NCBI RefSeq assembly: GCF_009914755.1
Contig: NC_060937.1
Reading direction: 5' to 3' (one strand)
Source of the DNA: the human T2T-CHM13v2.0 reference genome, Homo sapiens
Length of the DNA: 64,000 bases
Shown here: in pieces, positions 29,309-42,248 of the stretch
Layout: every line of letters starts with the position of its first letter
Position numbering within the stretch: position 1 is the first letter of the stretch
Notes under the pieces: model-generated
Seen by the model: only the letters and a program-made list of their open reading frames with translations
What the model was told of the DNA's origin: nothing
Databases searched by the model: none
Program-made: the position numbers and the translations under genes

Positions 29309-29765
29309 ATATTCATAGTACTCCCAAGGTTCCTACTTTCCTCTGTTTACTTTTTGAAAAATTTTTTATTTTAATTTTTGTGGGTACATTTCTGTGGGTA
29401 TTGCATGCCTGGATCAAAACATTTTTTATGTACTCTATAAACACCTACCATGTACCCACAAAAATTCAAAATCTATACCTACTATTTTATATCAAGTAAA
29501 ATAGGGTATCCATTCCCTTGAGTATTTATCCATATTTCATATATTCATAATACTCCCAAGGGTCCTACTTTCCTCTCTTTACTTTTTGAAAAAAGTTTTT
29601 ATTTTAATTTTTGTGGGTATATTTTTGCGGGTATTGCATACCTGTATCAAAACATCTTATCTACTCTATAAATATATACACATAGCATGTGCCCACAAAA
29701 ATTCAAAATATATACCTATTTTACATGATGTAAAATAGGGTATCCATCCCCTTGAGTATTTATCC
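29309..29765. repeat. ~230-bp diverged tandem duplication
   Basis: atattcata.tactcccaagg...cccttgagtatttatcc at 29309-29531 and 29541-29765. Confidence 0.92.
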
Positions 29766-30937
29766 TTTGTGTTACAAACAATTACACTCTTTTATTTACT
29801 TTAAAATATACAATTAAATTATTATTAACTGTAGTCACTCTGTTGTGCTATCGAATACTAGGTTTTAGTCATTCTAACTATATTTTGTACCTATTAACTA
29901 TCCCCACCTCACCCCACTCAGACCCAACTACCCTTCCCAGTCTCTGGTAACCATTCTTCTGCTTTCTATCTCCATGGTTTTAATTGTTTTTATTTTTAGA
30001 TCCCACTAATACATGAGAACATGCCATGTTGTTTTTTTTTTTTAACCTGGCTTATTTCACTTAGCATAATGACCTTCCCTTCCATCCATGTTGTTGCAAA
30101 TGGCAGGATCTCATTTTTAATAGCTGAATAGTACACTCCACAGTGTATATTTATGACATGTTCTTTATTCATTTATCTGTTGATGGGCACTTAGTTTGCT
30201 TCCAAATCTTGGCTATTGTGATTAGTGCTGCAATAAACATGGGAGTGTAGATGTCTATTCAATATGCTGATTTCCTTTCTTTGGGGTATATGCCCAGCAG
30301 TGGGATTGCTGGATCGTATGGTAGCTCTATTTTTTAGTTTTTTGAGGAACCTCCAAACTGTTCTCCATAGTGGTTGTACTAATTTACATTCCCACCAACA
30401 GCGTACGGTGTTCCTTTTTCTCCACATCCTTGCCAGTATTTGTTATTGTGTGACTTTTAGATATAAGCTATTTTAACTGAGGTGACATGATATGTCATGT
30501 AGTTTTTGTCATTCTCTGATGATCAGTGCTACTGGGCACTTTTCATATGCCTGATTGCCATTTGTATGGCTTCTTTTGAGAAATGTCTATTCAAATTTTT
30601 GCCCATTTCTAAATCACATTATTAGACTTTTTTCCCCAGGGAGCTGTCTGAGCTCCTTATATATTCGGGTTATTAATTCATTGCCAGATGGGTAGTTTGC
30701 AATGGGTATTTTTCTCCCATTCTGTGGGTTTTATCTTCAGTTTGTTGATTGTTTCCATTGCTGTGCAGAAGCTTTTTAACTTGATATGATCCCATTTGTC
30801 CATTTTTGCTTTGGTTGTCTATGCTTGTGGGGTATTGTTCAAGAAATTTTTGCCCAGACCAATGTCCTGGAGAGTTTTTCTAAGGTTTTCTTGTCATGGT
30901 TTTATAGTTTTAGGTCTTAGATTTAAATATTTAATAC
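29595..30937 (-). mobile_element. L1MA (L1MA1-3-like) 3' end
   Basis: Antisense 3'UTR tttatcctttgtgttacaaac...cccttcccagtctctggtaaccatt, then ORF2 C-terminus; resumes at ~35015. Confidence 0.88.
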
Positions 30938-30942
30938 AAGAA

Positions 30943-33900
30943 GGGAGAAAAATGGCAGACAGGAGGCAGGACTGAATTGCAGCTTCCACTCAGACTCATA
31001 GAGCAGTGTGTGGAGACATGAACTTTTGCTCCAAGAACTACCACAGGAACATACCAGGAAGGCTGAGAGAATCCACAGACCCTTTAAGGGAAGCAGGTTG
31101 CTCCTGCAGATCCCAGGAAACAGCCCAAAAACTGTGAGTGCCCAAAGTGTGAAAGTGGGAAAGAGGGATAGTCCATCCCCAGACACACACCCTCAGTGGG
31201 GAACCTGAAGGTCCAGATTATGGGAGAAGGATTTGACCTTACCTGGAGCTGAGACAACTTGAGGGAACTAAGCAAAATACAGGGGTAGAAGAAGCAGCGA
31301 AAAGAGCCCTATGGGCTTTCTCAGCCCCCAGGAAAGCCATTTCTGACTTTGTCTCGCAGAGGTCCTTGGAGAGGGCTGCCAGAGGAACTGAGAAAAGACC
31401 ACAGAAAGAAGGAAACTTCCAGCTACTTTGTAACAGTTTTGACCGAATGCAAAGATCCCTGGACAGAACTCTAAAGAAGGGGTGAATCTGGAGTGCAGAC
31501 ACAGCACAGAAGCCACAGCAGGCGCAGAGGCATGAAACCTGAAAGCCAGGAGGCTGGTAGCCTGGGGCAAGTTCTCAGTCCTGCTCACCCACTGCCATTA
31601 AACAAACTCTGTGCTGTTAAGGGGTCAGGGTGGGAGTGAGACCAGCCTTTTGGGTTGCATAGGACCTGGATGAAGCCTGTCACTGCCAGCTTTCCCCAGT
31701 TCCCTGGTGACCTGCATGACACAGCAGAAGCAGCCATAATCCCCCTGGGAACATAACTCCGTTGGCCTGAGAACCACACCCCCATCTCCCATAGCAGCCA
31801 CAGGAAGCCCTGCCCAAGGAGACTCTGAGCTCAGACATGCATAACCCTGCCCCCACCTGATAGTTTTTCTCTACCTACCCTTGTAGCCAAAGACAAAGGA
31901 CATATTCTCTCCTGAGCTCTGGTGTCCCACCCACCACATGATCACTTCTATATTACCAGAGCTGATGCTCTCTTGAAAGCACCACCTCCTGGCAGGAGGC
32001 CAAAGAACACAAAATTAATGCAATAAACTACAACTAACGACCCTCACAGACTCCATTTTACTCCCCTGCCACCAGCTCCACCAGAGCAGGTGCTGCTATC
32101 CACAGCTGAGAGACTGAAAATGGCTCACATCACAGGACTCTGTGCAGACACCCCCCAGTACCAGCCCAGAGCCTGGTAACTCCATTTGGTGGCTAGATCA
32201 AGATGAGAAATAACATTCACTATAGTTTGGCACTAAGGAAGCCACATCCCTAGGAAAAAGGGGAGAACACTACATCAAAGGAGAACCTCATGGGACAAAA
32301 GAACCTGAATGGCAGCTCTTGAGCCCAGATATTCCTGGTGACATAGTCTACCAAAAAGGAAAAAAAAAACAGAAAAAAACAATTCTGGTAATATGAAAAA
32401 ACAAGGTTCTTTAACCCCCCAGCAAAGATCACACCAGCTCACTAGCAATGGATCCAAACCAAGACGAAATCTCTGAATTGCCAGAAACAGAATTCAGAAG
32501 GTCAACTATTAAGCTAATCTAGAAGGCACCAGAGGAAGGTGAAGTCCAACTTAATGAAGTAAAAAAAGGTGATACAAAATATGAAGGGAAAATATTCAGT
32601 GAAATAGCTAAATAAAAACAATCACAACTGGAAATGAAGGACACACTTAGAGAAATGCAAAATACACTGAAAAGTCTCATCAATGGAATCAAACAAGCAG
32701 AAGACACAACTTCAGAGCTCAAAGACAAGGTTTTTGAATTAACCCAATTAAACAAAGACAAAGAAAAATGAATTTTAAAAAATGAACAAAACCTCCAAGA
32801 AGCTTGGGAGTACGTTCAATAACCAAACCTAAGGATAATTGGTATTCCCGAGGAGGAAGAGAAATCTAAAAGTTTGGAAAACATATTTGAGGGAATAATC
32901 AAGGACAGCTTCCCTGGCCTTGCTAGAGATCTAGGCAACCAAATACAAGAAGCTCAACGAACACCTGGGAAATTCATCGCAAAAAGATCATTGCCTAGGC
33001 ACATAGTCATCAGGTCATCTAAAGTCAGGACAAAGGAAAGAAGCTTAAGACCTGTGAGACAAAAGCATCAGGTAACCTATAAAGGATAACCTATCAGATT
33101 AACAGCAGATTTCTCAGCAGAAACCCTGCAAGCTAAAAGGAATTGGTCCCTATCCTCAGCCTCCTTCAACAAACAATTATCAGGCAAGAATTTAAGCTTC
33201 ATAAGTGAAGAAAAGATACAGATTTTTTTCAGACAAACAAATGCTAAGAGAATTTGCCACTACCAAGCCAGGACCACAATAACTGCTAAAAGGAGCTATA
33301 AATCTTGAAACTCATTCTCAAAATACAGCAAAATAGAATCTCCTTAAAGCATAAATCTCACAGGGCCTATAAAACAACAACAATAAACAAATTTTTTAAA
33401 AAAGTATTCAGGCAATGAACAGCACGATGAATACAATAGTACCTCACATCTCAATACTAACATTGAATGTAAATGGCCTAAATGCTCCACTTATTTGGCA
33501 GAATGGATAAGAATTCACCAATAAAGTACCTCCTGTCTTCAAGAGACTAACCTGACACATAGGACTCACATAAACTTAAGGTAAAGAGGTGGAGAAGTAT
33601 ATTTCATGGAAATTGATACCAAAAGCAGGCAGGAGTAGCTATTCTTATATCAGAAAAAATAAACTTTAAAGCAACAGCAGTTAAAAAAGACAAAGAGGGA
33701 CATTATATAATGATAAAAGGACTTGTCCAACAGGAAAATATCACAATCTTGAATACATATGCACCTAACACTGGAGCTTCCAAATTTATAAGACAATTAC
33801 TACTAGACCTAAGAAATGAGATAGACAGCAACACAATAATAGTGGAGTTATTCAATACTCCACTGACAGCACTAGACAGGTCATCAACACAGAGAGTCAA

Positions 33901-35011
33901 CAAAGAAACAATGGACGCAAACTATACCCTAGAGCAAATGGACTTAATAGATACTTACAGAACATTCTGCCCAACACCTGCAGAATATACATTCTATTCA
34001 TCAGTACATGGAACATTCCCCAAGATAGGCCATATGATAGGCTGAAAAACAAGTGTTAATAAATTTTAAAAATTTGAAATTGTATCAAGTACTCTCTCAG
34101 ACCACAGTGGAATAAAATTGGAAATCAACCTTAAAAGGAACCCTCAAAACCAAGCAAATATATGGAAATTAAATAACCTGCTCCTGAATGATCATTGAGT
34201 CAACAATAAAATCAAGATAGAAATTTTAAAAGTCTTTGAACTGAATGATAATAGTGACACAATCTATCTAAACTTCTAGGATACAGCAAAGGCAATGCTA
34301 AGAGGAAAGTTCATAGCATTAAATACGTACATCAAAAAGTCTTAAAGAGCACAAATAGACAATCTAAGATTACACCTCAAGGAACTAGAGAAACAAGAAC
34401 AAACCAAACCCAAACCAAGCAGAAGAAAAGAAATAACAAAGATCAGAGCAGAACTAAGTGAAATCGAAACAAAAAAGATACAAAAGATAAATGAAACAAA
34501 AACCTGGTTATTTGAAAAGATAAATAAAATTGATAGTCTATTATGAAGATTAACCAAGAAAAGAAGAGAGAATCTCTAAAGAACCTCAATTAAAAATGAA
34601 ACAGGAGATATTACAACTGATACCACAGAAATACAAAAGATCATTCGAGGCTACTATGAATACTTTTACATGCACAAACTAGAAAACATAGAGGAGATGG
34701 GTAAATTCCTGGAAATATGCAACCCTCCTAGATTAATCCAGGAAGAAATAGAAACTCCAAACAGACCAATAACAAGCAACAAGACTGAAATGGTAATAAA
34801 TACATTGCCAACAACAACAAAAAAATCTAGGACTAGATGGATTCACAGCTGAATTCTATCAGACATTCAAAGAATTGATACCAATCCTATTGAAACTATT
34901 CTGAAAGATAGAGAAAGAGGGAATCCCTCCTAAATCATTCTATGAAGCTAGTATCACTTTAATACCCAAACCAGGAAAAGACATAACAAAAAAACAAAAC
35001 TACAGACCAAT
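30943..35011 (+). mobile_element. L1PB-type LINE: 5'UTR, ORF1, ORF2 endonuclease region; 3' half missing
   Basis: 5'UTR aatggcagacaggaggcaggact...; ORF1 fragment ENIFEGII...EAQRTPGKFIAKRSLPRHIVIR; EN fragment IKGLVQQENITILNTYAPNTGA; stops at ctacagaccaat. Confidence 0.92.
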
Positions 35012-35014
35012 GTA

Positions 35015-35190
35015 TACCTGTCTGGGTCTTTTGTGGTTCTATATAAATTTTAGGATTGTTTTTCTATTTATATTTCTGTGAAGAGTGTCATTGATATTTT
35101 GATAGAAACTGCACTGAATCTATAGATTGCTTTGGGAACCACGGACATTTTAACTATATCGATTCTTGTAATTTATGAACATGGAATATC
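35015..35190 (-). mobile_element. Continuation of L1MA
   Basis: ctgggtcttttgtggttctatataaattttaggattg...gaacatggaatatc, antisense L1MA ORF2. Confidence 0.8.
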
Positions 35191-35270
35191 CAAAATTTTC
35201 TGAAAACTGCAAACACTGGTGAGAGAAATACAAGAAAAGCTATACAAATGGAGAGGTATTTATGGATTAG

Positions 35271-35588
<318 letters not shown>

Positions 35589-35845
35589 TAAATTCTCCCC
35601 AAATTGATCTACAGCATCAATACAATTCCTATTAAAATTCCATCAGGTATATTTTTAATTAACAAACTGATTCTAAAATTTACAAAGAAAATGCCAAATA
35701 CTAAAAATAGCCAAAACAACTTTGAAAAAGAACACTATCTGATTCAAAATTTACTATAAAGCTATAGCAATAAAAACAGTGTAGGGCTGATATAGAAGTA
35801 GACAAATATATCAATGGAACAGAATAAAGAATCCTGAAATAAACC

Positions 35846-35894
<49 letters not shown>
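35846..35894. repeat. (TA)n(TG)n microsatellite
   Basis: Directly visible. Confidence 0.95.
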
Positions 35895-35896
<2 letters not shown>

Positions 35897-36810
35897 TGAT
35901 TTTTAATAAATGTCTCAAAGCAATTCAGTGGCAAAGGATAATTTTTCAAAAAGTTGTGCTGACACAAGTAGATATTCATATGCAAAAATATGATCCTCAA
36001 ACAATACATAAAAATTAACTTGAGTCACAGGACTAAATATAAATTAAAGTGATATAAAATCCAGAGATACATTTAGGAGAAAAATCTTAGTAACCTTAAG
36101 CTTAGCAGTGATTTTTTAAAACATGACATTAAAAAGCATAAAGTATAGAATAAAAGATTAATAAATTGAAGTTTAATTTGTAATAAAACTTTTCTTCTTC
36201 AAAAGACAATGATAAGAAGAAGTAAAGGCAAGTCATAGACTGGGAAAAATATTTGCAAAACAGATATCTGAAAAAGGATTTGTATTTGTAATATATAAGG
36301 AATTCTTATAACTCAAAATAAACAACATACTACAAAGTGGACAAAAAATTTGAGTGTATGTGTCACCAGAAATTGATTTGTTGATATGATATGAGGTAGG
36401 GGACAAGATATTGTCATGACCTTGGGATGGGGAAGATATCTTGTCACAAGAAATGCTAATGCTGAAGGAAAAGTTTTGTAAATTACATTCAAATTGAGAA
36501 CCTCTTGTCAAACGATACTGAGAGAATAAAAAGTCAAATCATGGCGTAGGATAAAATATATGCAATACATAGAAATAGCAGAAAACATGTTTCTAGAACA
36601 TAAAAGGAACTCCTACGTGTTAACAGAAAATAATTTCTACAAGTTTTCTGTAAATCTGAAACTGCTCTAAAAAATACAGTATATTTTTTAAAACATGGAA
36701 GGAAAGAAGGAAGGAAGGATTAACTCATTAGAAAAAAGAGCAAAGTTGAACAGACACTTTCCTAAACATGATATCCAAGCAGTTAAACAAGCATATGAAA
36801 AGGTGCTTAA

Positions 36811-38171
36811 TTTTTGTATAAGGTGTAAGGAAGGGGTCCAGTTTCAGTTTTCTGCATATGGCTAGCCAGTTTTACCAACACCATTTATTAAATAGGGAAT
36901 CCTTTCCCCATTGCTTTTTCTTGTTGGGTTTGTCGAAGATCAGATGGTTGTAGATGTGTGGTGTTATTTCTGAGGCCTCTGTTCTGTACTCAAGATGGAT
37001 TAAAGACTTAAACGTAAGACCTAAAACCATAAAAACCCTGGAAGAAAACCTAGGCAATACCATTAAGGACATAGGCATGGGCAAAGACTTCATGACTGAA
37101 ACACCAAAAGCAATGGCAATGAAAGCCAAAATTGACAAATGGGATCTAATTAAACTAAAGAGCTTCTGTACAGCAAAAGAAACTATCATCACAGTGAACC
37201 GGCCACCTACAGAATGGGAGAATTTTTGCAATCTATCCATCTGACAAAGGGCTAATATCCAGAATCTACAAGGAACTTAAACAAATTTATAAGAAAAGAA
37301 AAGAAATAAACAACCCCATCAAAAAGTGGGTGAAGGATATGAACAGACACTTCTCAAAAGAAGACATTTATACAGCCTACAAACATATATAAAAAATGCT
37401 CCTCATCACTGATCATTAGAGAAATGCAAATCAAAACCACAATTAGATACCATGTCATGCCAGTTAGAATGGCGATCATTAAAAAGTCAGGAAACAACAG
37501 ATGCTGGAGAGGATGTGGAGAAATAGGAATGCTTTTACACTGTTGATGGGAGTGTAAATTAGTTCAACCATTGTGGAAGACAGTGTGGCGATTCCTCAAG
37601 CATCTAGAACCAGAAATACCATTTGACCCAGCAATCCCATCACTGGGTATATACCCAAAGGATTATAAATCAATCTACTATAAAGACACATGCACACGTA
37701 TGCTTATTGCAGCACTATTTACAACAGCAAAGACTGGACTGAACCCAAATGCCCATCACTAATAGACTGGGTAAAGAAAATATGACACATATATACCATG
37801 GAATACTATGCAGCCTTAAAAAACAATGAGTTCATGTCCTTTTCAGGGACATGGATGAAGCTGGAAACCATCATTCTCAGCAAACTGACACAGGAACAGA
37901 AAACCGAACACCACATGTTCTTACTCATAAGTGGGAGTTGAACAATGAGAACACATGTACATAGGGAGGGCAACATCACACACCAGGGCCTGTTGGGGGG
38001 TGGGGAGAAGGGGAGGGATAGCATTAGGAAAAATACCTTAATGCATGCAGGGCTTAAAACCTGGATGACAGTTAATGGGTACAGCAAACCACCATGACAC
38101 ATGTATACCTATGTAACAAACCTGCATGTTCTGCACATGTATCCCAGGATTTAAAGTATATATATATTTTA
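36811..38171 (+). mobile_element. L1PA8-like LINE with 5' inversion (36811-36987 antisense)
   Basis: Forward ORF2 end and 3'UTR (aatgcatgcagggcttaaaacctggatgac); exact 13-bp TSD aaaaggtgcttaa at 36798-36810 and 38172-38184. Confidence 0.95.
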
Positions 38172-38184
38172 AAAAGGTGCTTAA

Positions 38185-38850
38185 ACTTGTTAGGGATTCT
38201 GGAACCAGAACTTACTATCACAACTATTTGCTAAGCAATCACCACAGCGATTGAAATTGAAGACTAACAATACCAAATATTACCAGTACACAAACTAGAA
38301 TTCTCATATGCTATGAGTACATAACTGTTTGTCAGTATCCACTAACGCAAAAGTGTGATGCCATATGACCCAGTGATTTCATTCCTGGATAGGTGTACAC
38401 AGGTTTCTAAAAGTATATATGTTCAATAAATAATGTTTATAGCAGCACTTTCGTAATTACACTAATCTGAAACAACCTAAATTCAATGGTAATAGCATAG
38501 TGGTACAGTCATATAATAGAATATTATATAGCAATGGGAATTTATTGGCATATGGATGGATAATTTCACCAACATACATTTGGCAAAAGAAGACAGATAC
38601 AGTAGTATATACTGTAAAATTCCATTTACATAAGGTTTAAAGAAGGTCAAAATAAACAACTTTGATAGAAGTCAGGCTGGTGTGTAACTTTGCAGGGAGA
38701 GGATCATGACTGAGGGCACAGAGGTTGTCTGGAGTGCTGCCAATATTCCATTTCCTGTGATGGTGGGTGGCAGTTTCATGGGTGTGTCCACGTTTTGAAT
38801 ATTCATCAAGCTGCATACTTACCATTTGTGCACCTTTCTATGTACCGAAT
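38185..38850 (+). mobile_element. Old L1M(C/E) 3' end (host of the L1PA8)
   Basis: catatgacccagtgatttcattcc, tatactgtaaaattccatttacataagg, aatattcatcaagctgcatactta. Confidence 0.75.
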
Positions 38851-39414
38851 CTGTCTGGCAAGTAACGAGCTTTCTTTAGAGAATGGCAGGAGAGCCAGAG
38901 GAAAGTGGGATGAAACAGGCATCAACCAGACCTGTTGTTTCCATTCTAGTAATGAGAGATGTTGTACTATTAATTTAGGTCTACTGTACCTTGATCCTTT
39001 GAAATGTTTTCGGAATTTTTTTCCATGTAGTTTCAGTGTGTGCTGGCAAATTCATCTCGTTTTGTTTTTGCTAAAACACACCAAGAAGTTGTGCCTGAAT
39101 CTGATCCTCTATGCTATTAGCAGTTCCCAGGTACCAGGTCCCCACCTGCATGAGTACTACATGGACAAGCTACTTTGATGGCTCTCAAGTCCCATCTGCC
39201 CTGGAGAGGTCTCCACAGTGTCCTTGAAAGATCCAATTTTACTTTCCTCCTTCTTCCTCCTCCCCCTCCCACCCAAGGTTTCTTTAGGAAGAAGAAGAAA
39301 CCCTTTTATTCTTCCCTGCTATCTGTTTTATTCTCCTAGAAGGAATTTCTTCTTTTTTTCTAAAACATTACCATCAGAAATCAGAAATGGTCACAATTCT
39401 TTTGGAAAAAAAAT

Positions 39415-39836
39415 GCTTTATTGAGGTATGACAGACATTCACAAAGCTGTATATATTTAATGTGTATGATTGGATGAGTTTGGAAATATGTATACACCTG
39501 TGAAACCATCACCACATTCTACATCATAAACACACATCTACTCCAAAAGTTTATTCCCATCCTCTTTATTATTTTTTTTGCATGTGATAAGAACACAAGA
39601 TCTCTGGTTTTAGAGAATTTTAAGTATACGATACAGTATTGTCTATAATAGGCACTATGCTGTACAGTAGATCTCTAGGACTAAATCATCTTGTGTAACT
39701 GAAACTTTGCACCCTTTGACTAATTCCTCCATTTTCCCCACTATCCCTCAACCCTAGCAAGGACCATCCTACTCTCTGCTTCTTTGACTATTTTTGTTTC
39801 CTCATATAAGTGGTATCAGGAAGTATTTGCCCTTCT
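39415..39836 (-). mobile_element. L1MA/MB 3'UTR fragment
   Basis: tttattgaggtatga...tatacacctgtgaaaccatcacc...gtacagtagatctctagga...aactgaaactttg. Confidence 0.8.
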
Positions 39837-41795
39837 TAAACATTGATAAGTTATTAAAGTTGCTAAGAGAGCATGCAAATGTACATTTCCCCTGAGGAGA
39901 ACTTTTTATTGGAGTGGAAGTGCTATTTGTCTCAAAAAATGTCATTGTCTTGTTTGATTTTTCAGAAAAGGGGATGAGGAGGTAGGGAAATATTTGTGTT
40001 TCTTTTGTTCAAATATATGATGTAAAGTGTTCTCTATGTGCTGTTTATATGAATGTAGACTGGTTCAACAATAATACTGCTGTCAGCCCTAGAAGAGGAT
40101 CTAAACTTCTGAGGAAAGCATATTGGTAAATAAATATTGATACATCCTACAACCTTTCATAGATACTGCTTGGATAGGCTCAGAATGTAAAAGGTGCTTT
40201 CTTTTCTCTTTCCTTTTCCCTCCCCTTTTCCCTCCCCTTCTTCCTTCCTACTTCCTCATTTTCTTTTTCTTTCTTATTTATTTTCCTCCTTTTCTGCTAC
40301 CCAAGCAGATCACTGTCTAATGCAGACTCACACATATTTCTGATTAAACTAAAAACTTGAAGGACAAAAATGAATTTGAGCAATGGTCATGTTTCCAGGC
40401 AGTTTATTTCATTTCGAGTGGAGACCAGGGGTCCTGGAATAAAAATGTGAAGAATTTGCTGTTCTAGCAGTTGGATTGAAGAAGGGGAAATTCAATTCAA
40501 TTATCTTAGAAATCCATTAGCTAATGAATAGTTTTATCAGTGTTCCCAGAAAAGTTTGACTCAAATGCTTTGGTGGGCAACTGCTCAGCTTAGAAGAGAC
40601 TGAAGAGGGGACGTACTAGAGGAGATGTGGCTTGCAGAAACTTACATTGTAAGCCAGAATCTGTCATTTGGTAGGAATCATTTGGTGGGGAACATCAGAG
40701 AGCTGGGCTGAAGATAATGTAGCCATAAATTCCATTAGGGTAACATAAGCACAAGGCTTCTGAATTTGTAATGCTTTTCTTTGAAAGGTGAATAGGTGAT
40801 TGAATTCATTGAGAACTCATACAAGTTACATGCTTTGTGAATAGGGATTGATTGATAAGGGTGGCCTATTTATTGAGTCTATAAATGCTTATTTCTCAAA
40901 TTTATAGCATAAGGCTCAAGTATTTGCATCATAAACTCAGAAGGGCAAGTTCACTAGTGCCATTTTATTGAGGATTCACATTACATATTCCTTTCTCAAA
41001 GATGCCTTCCTTAACCCTTTAGGGAATGAAACCTATTTCTAGTTGCAGTTCTACCTTATTATGCTGCTATTTTCTGTTTATTGTCTGCAAACCTCCTACA
41101 CCACAATGCAAGTTTATCTTATTTTGGGAGCAGGAACTCAACTTGCCTTGTGGAGTCCAGAACACAGAAGTTATTAAATATTAAACTGAATAACACAGCA
41201 ACTAATTGTCAAACATACTCATGATGGTGCCCATGAAAGTACATTTTTAAATCTCCTAGCACTAAGAATAGAGGCAGAAGTATAGGAATAGCCTCTTAAA
41301 AAATTGTGAATAAATAGATAAATGGCTCAGTGACTGAATGAGTACAGGTACATAATCAATCTGAAAACCCAAGTGTGGGCTGAGAGTAAGAAATAATGTG
41401 TCAGAGCTTTGATGGTTTATTAAATGACAGTGACATGTTTCAGGGGCACTTCCACCTTGTGTGCCTGAGATACGCACATTGGATACCTGAAGTTCTAAAC
41501 CAAAGTATATAAATAATTCAAAGTTCCTGGTGCCTTTTAAATATTAGCAGTTCCTGGAAGCTCCTCCACTCCCCTCTATCTCCTCTAACTGAATGTGTAC
41601 CAAGTGGCCATTTTCCACACACCTTCTTAGGTTGTATACTGCTATACGATTTATCTTCTTCTCTTGAGTTCTCTGAACAATCAGCTGATCACTAATTTAT
41701 TTTTACCTTCATCATCTCAGTCACCACAAATAACTGTTGAGCCCCTCTCTATGACAGATATGTACATTGGGATGGGCAGTTAGGAGGGTCTACAT

Positions 41796-42248
41796 TGCAG
41801 TGGGAAGGATAATGACCCCGATAGATGCCCACATTCTCATCTCAGAACCTGTAAGTATGTTACACGGCAAAGACAACTTTCCAGGTATGTTAAATGTTAT
41901 GAGATGGGGAGATTACCCTGGATTATCCATGTTGACCCAGTGAAATTACAAGGGTCCCCATATGAGAGAGGCAGCAAGGTCAGAGTAAGAACAGATGATC
42001 TGACAGCAGAATCAGAGGTTGAAGGAGGCTCATGAGCCAAAGAGTGGGGGCAGCCTCAGAAGCTGGAAAAGGCATGAGAACAAACTCTACCTTGGAGCCT
42101 CCAGAAAGAACTCAGTCCTGTTGACACCTTGATGTTAGTACAGTGAAACCCATTTCAGACCTCCCAAACAGCAAGATATTAAATTTATGTTGTTTTAAGC
42201 CACTAGGTTTATGAGAAGTTGTCACAGCAGCAGTAGAAAACTAATTCA
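41796..42248 (+). mobile_element. MLT1D-like MaLR solo LTR
   Basis: gagatggggagattaccctggattatcc, gaagctggaaaaggc, ttttaagccactaggttt...cagcagcagtagaaaactaa. Confidence 0.88.
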
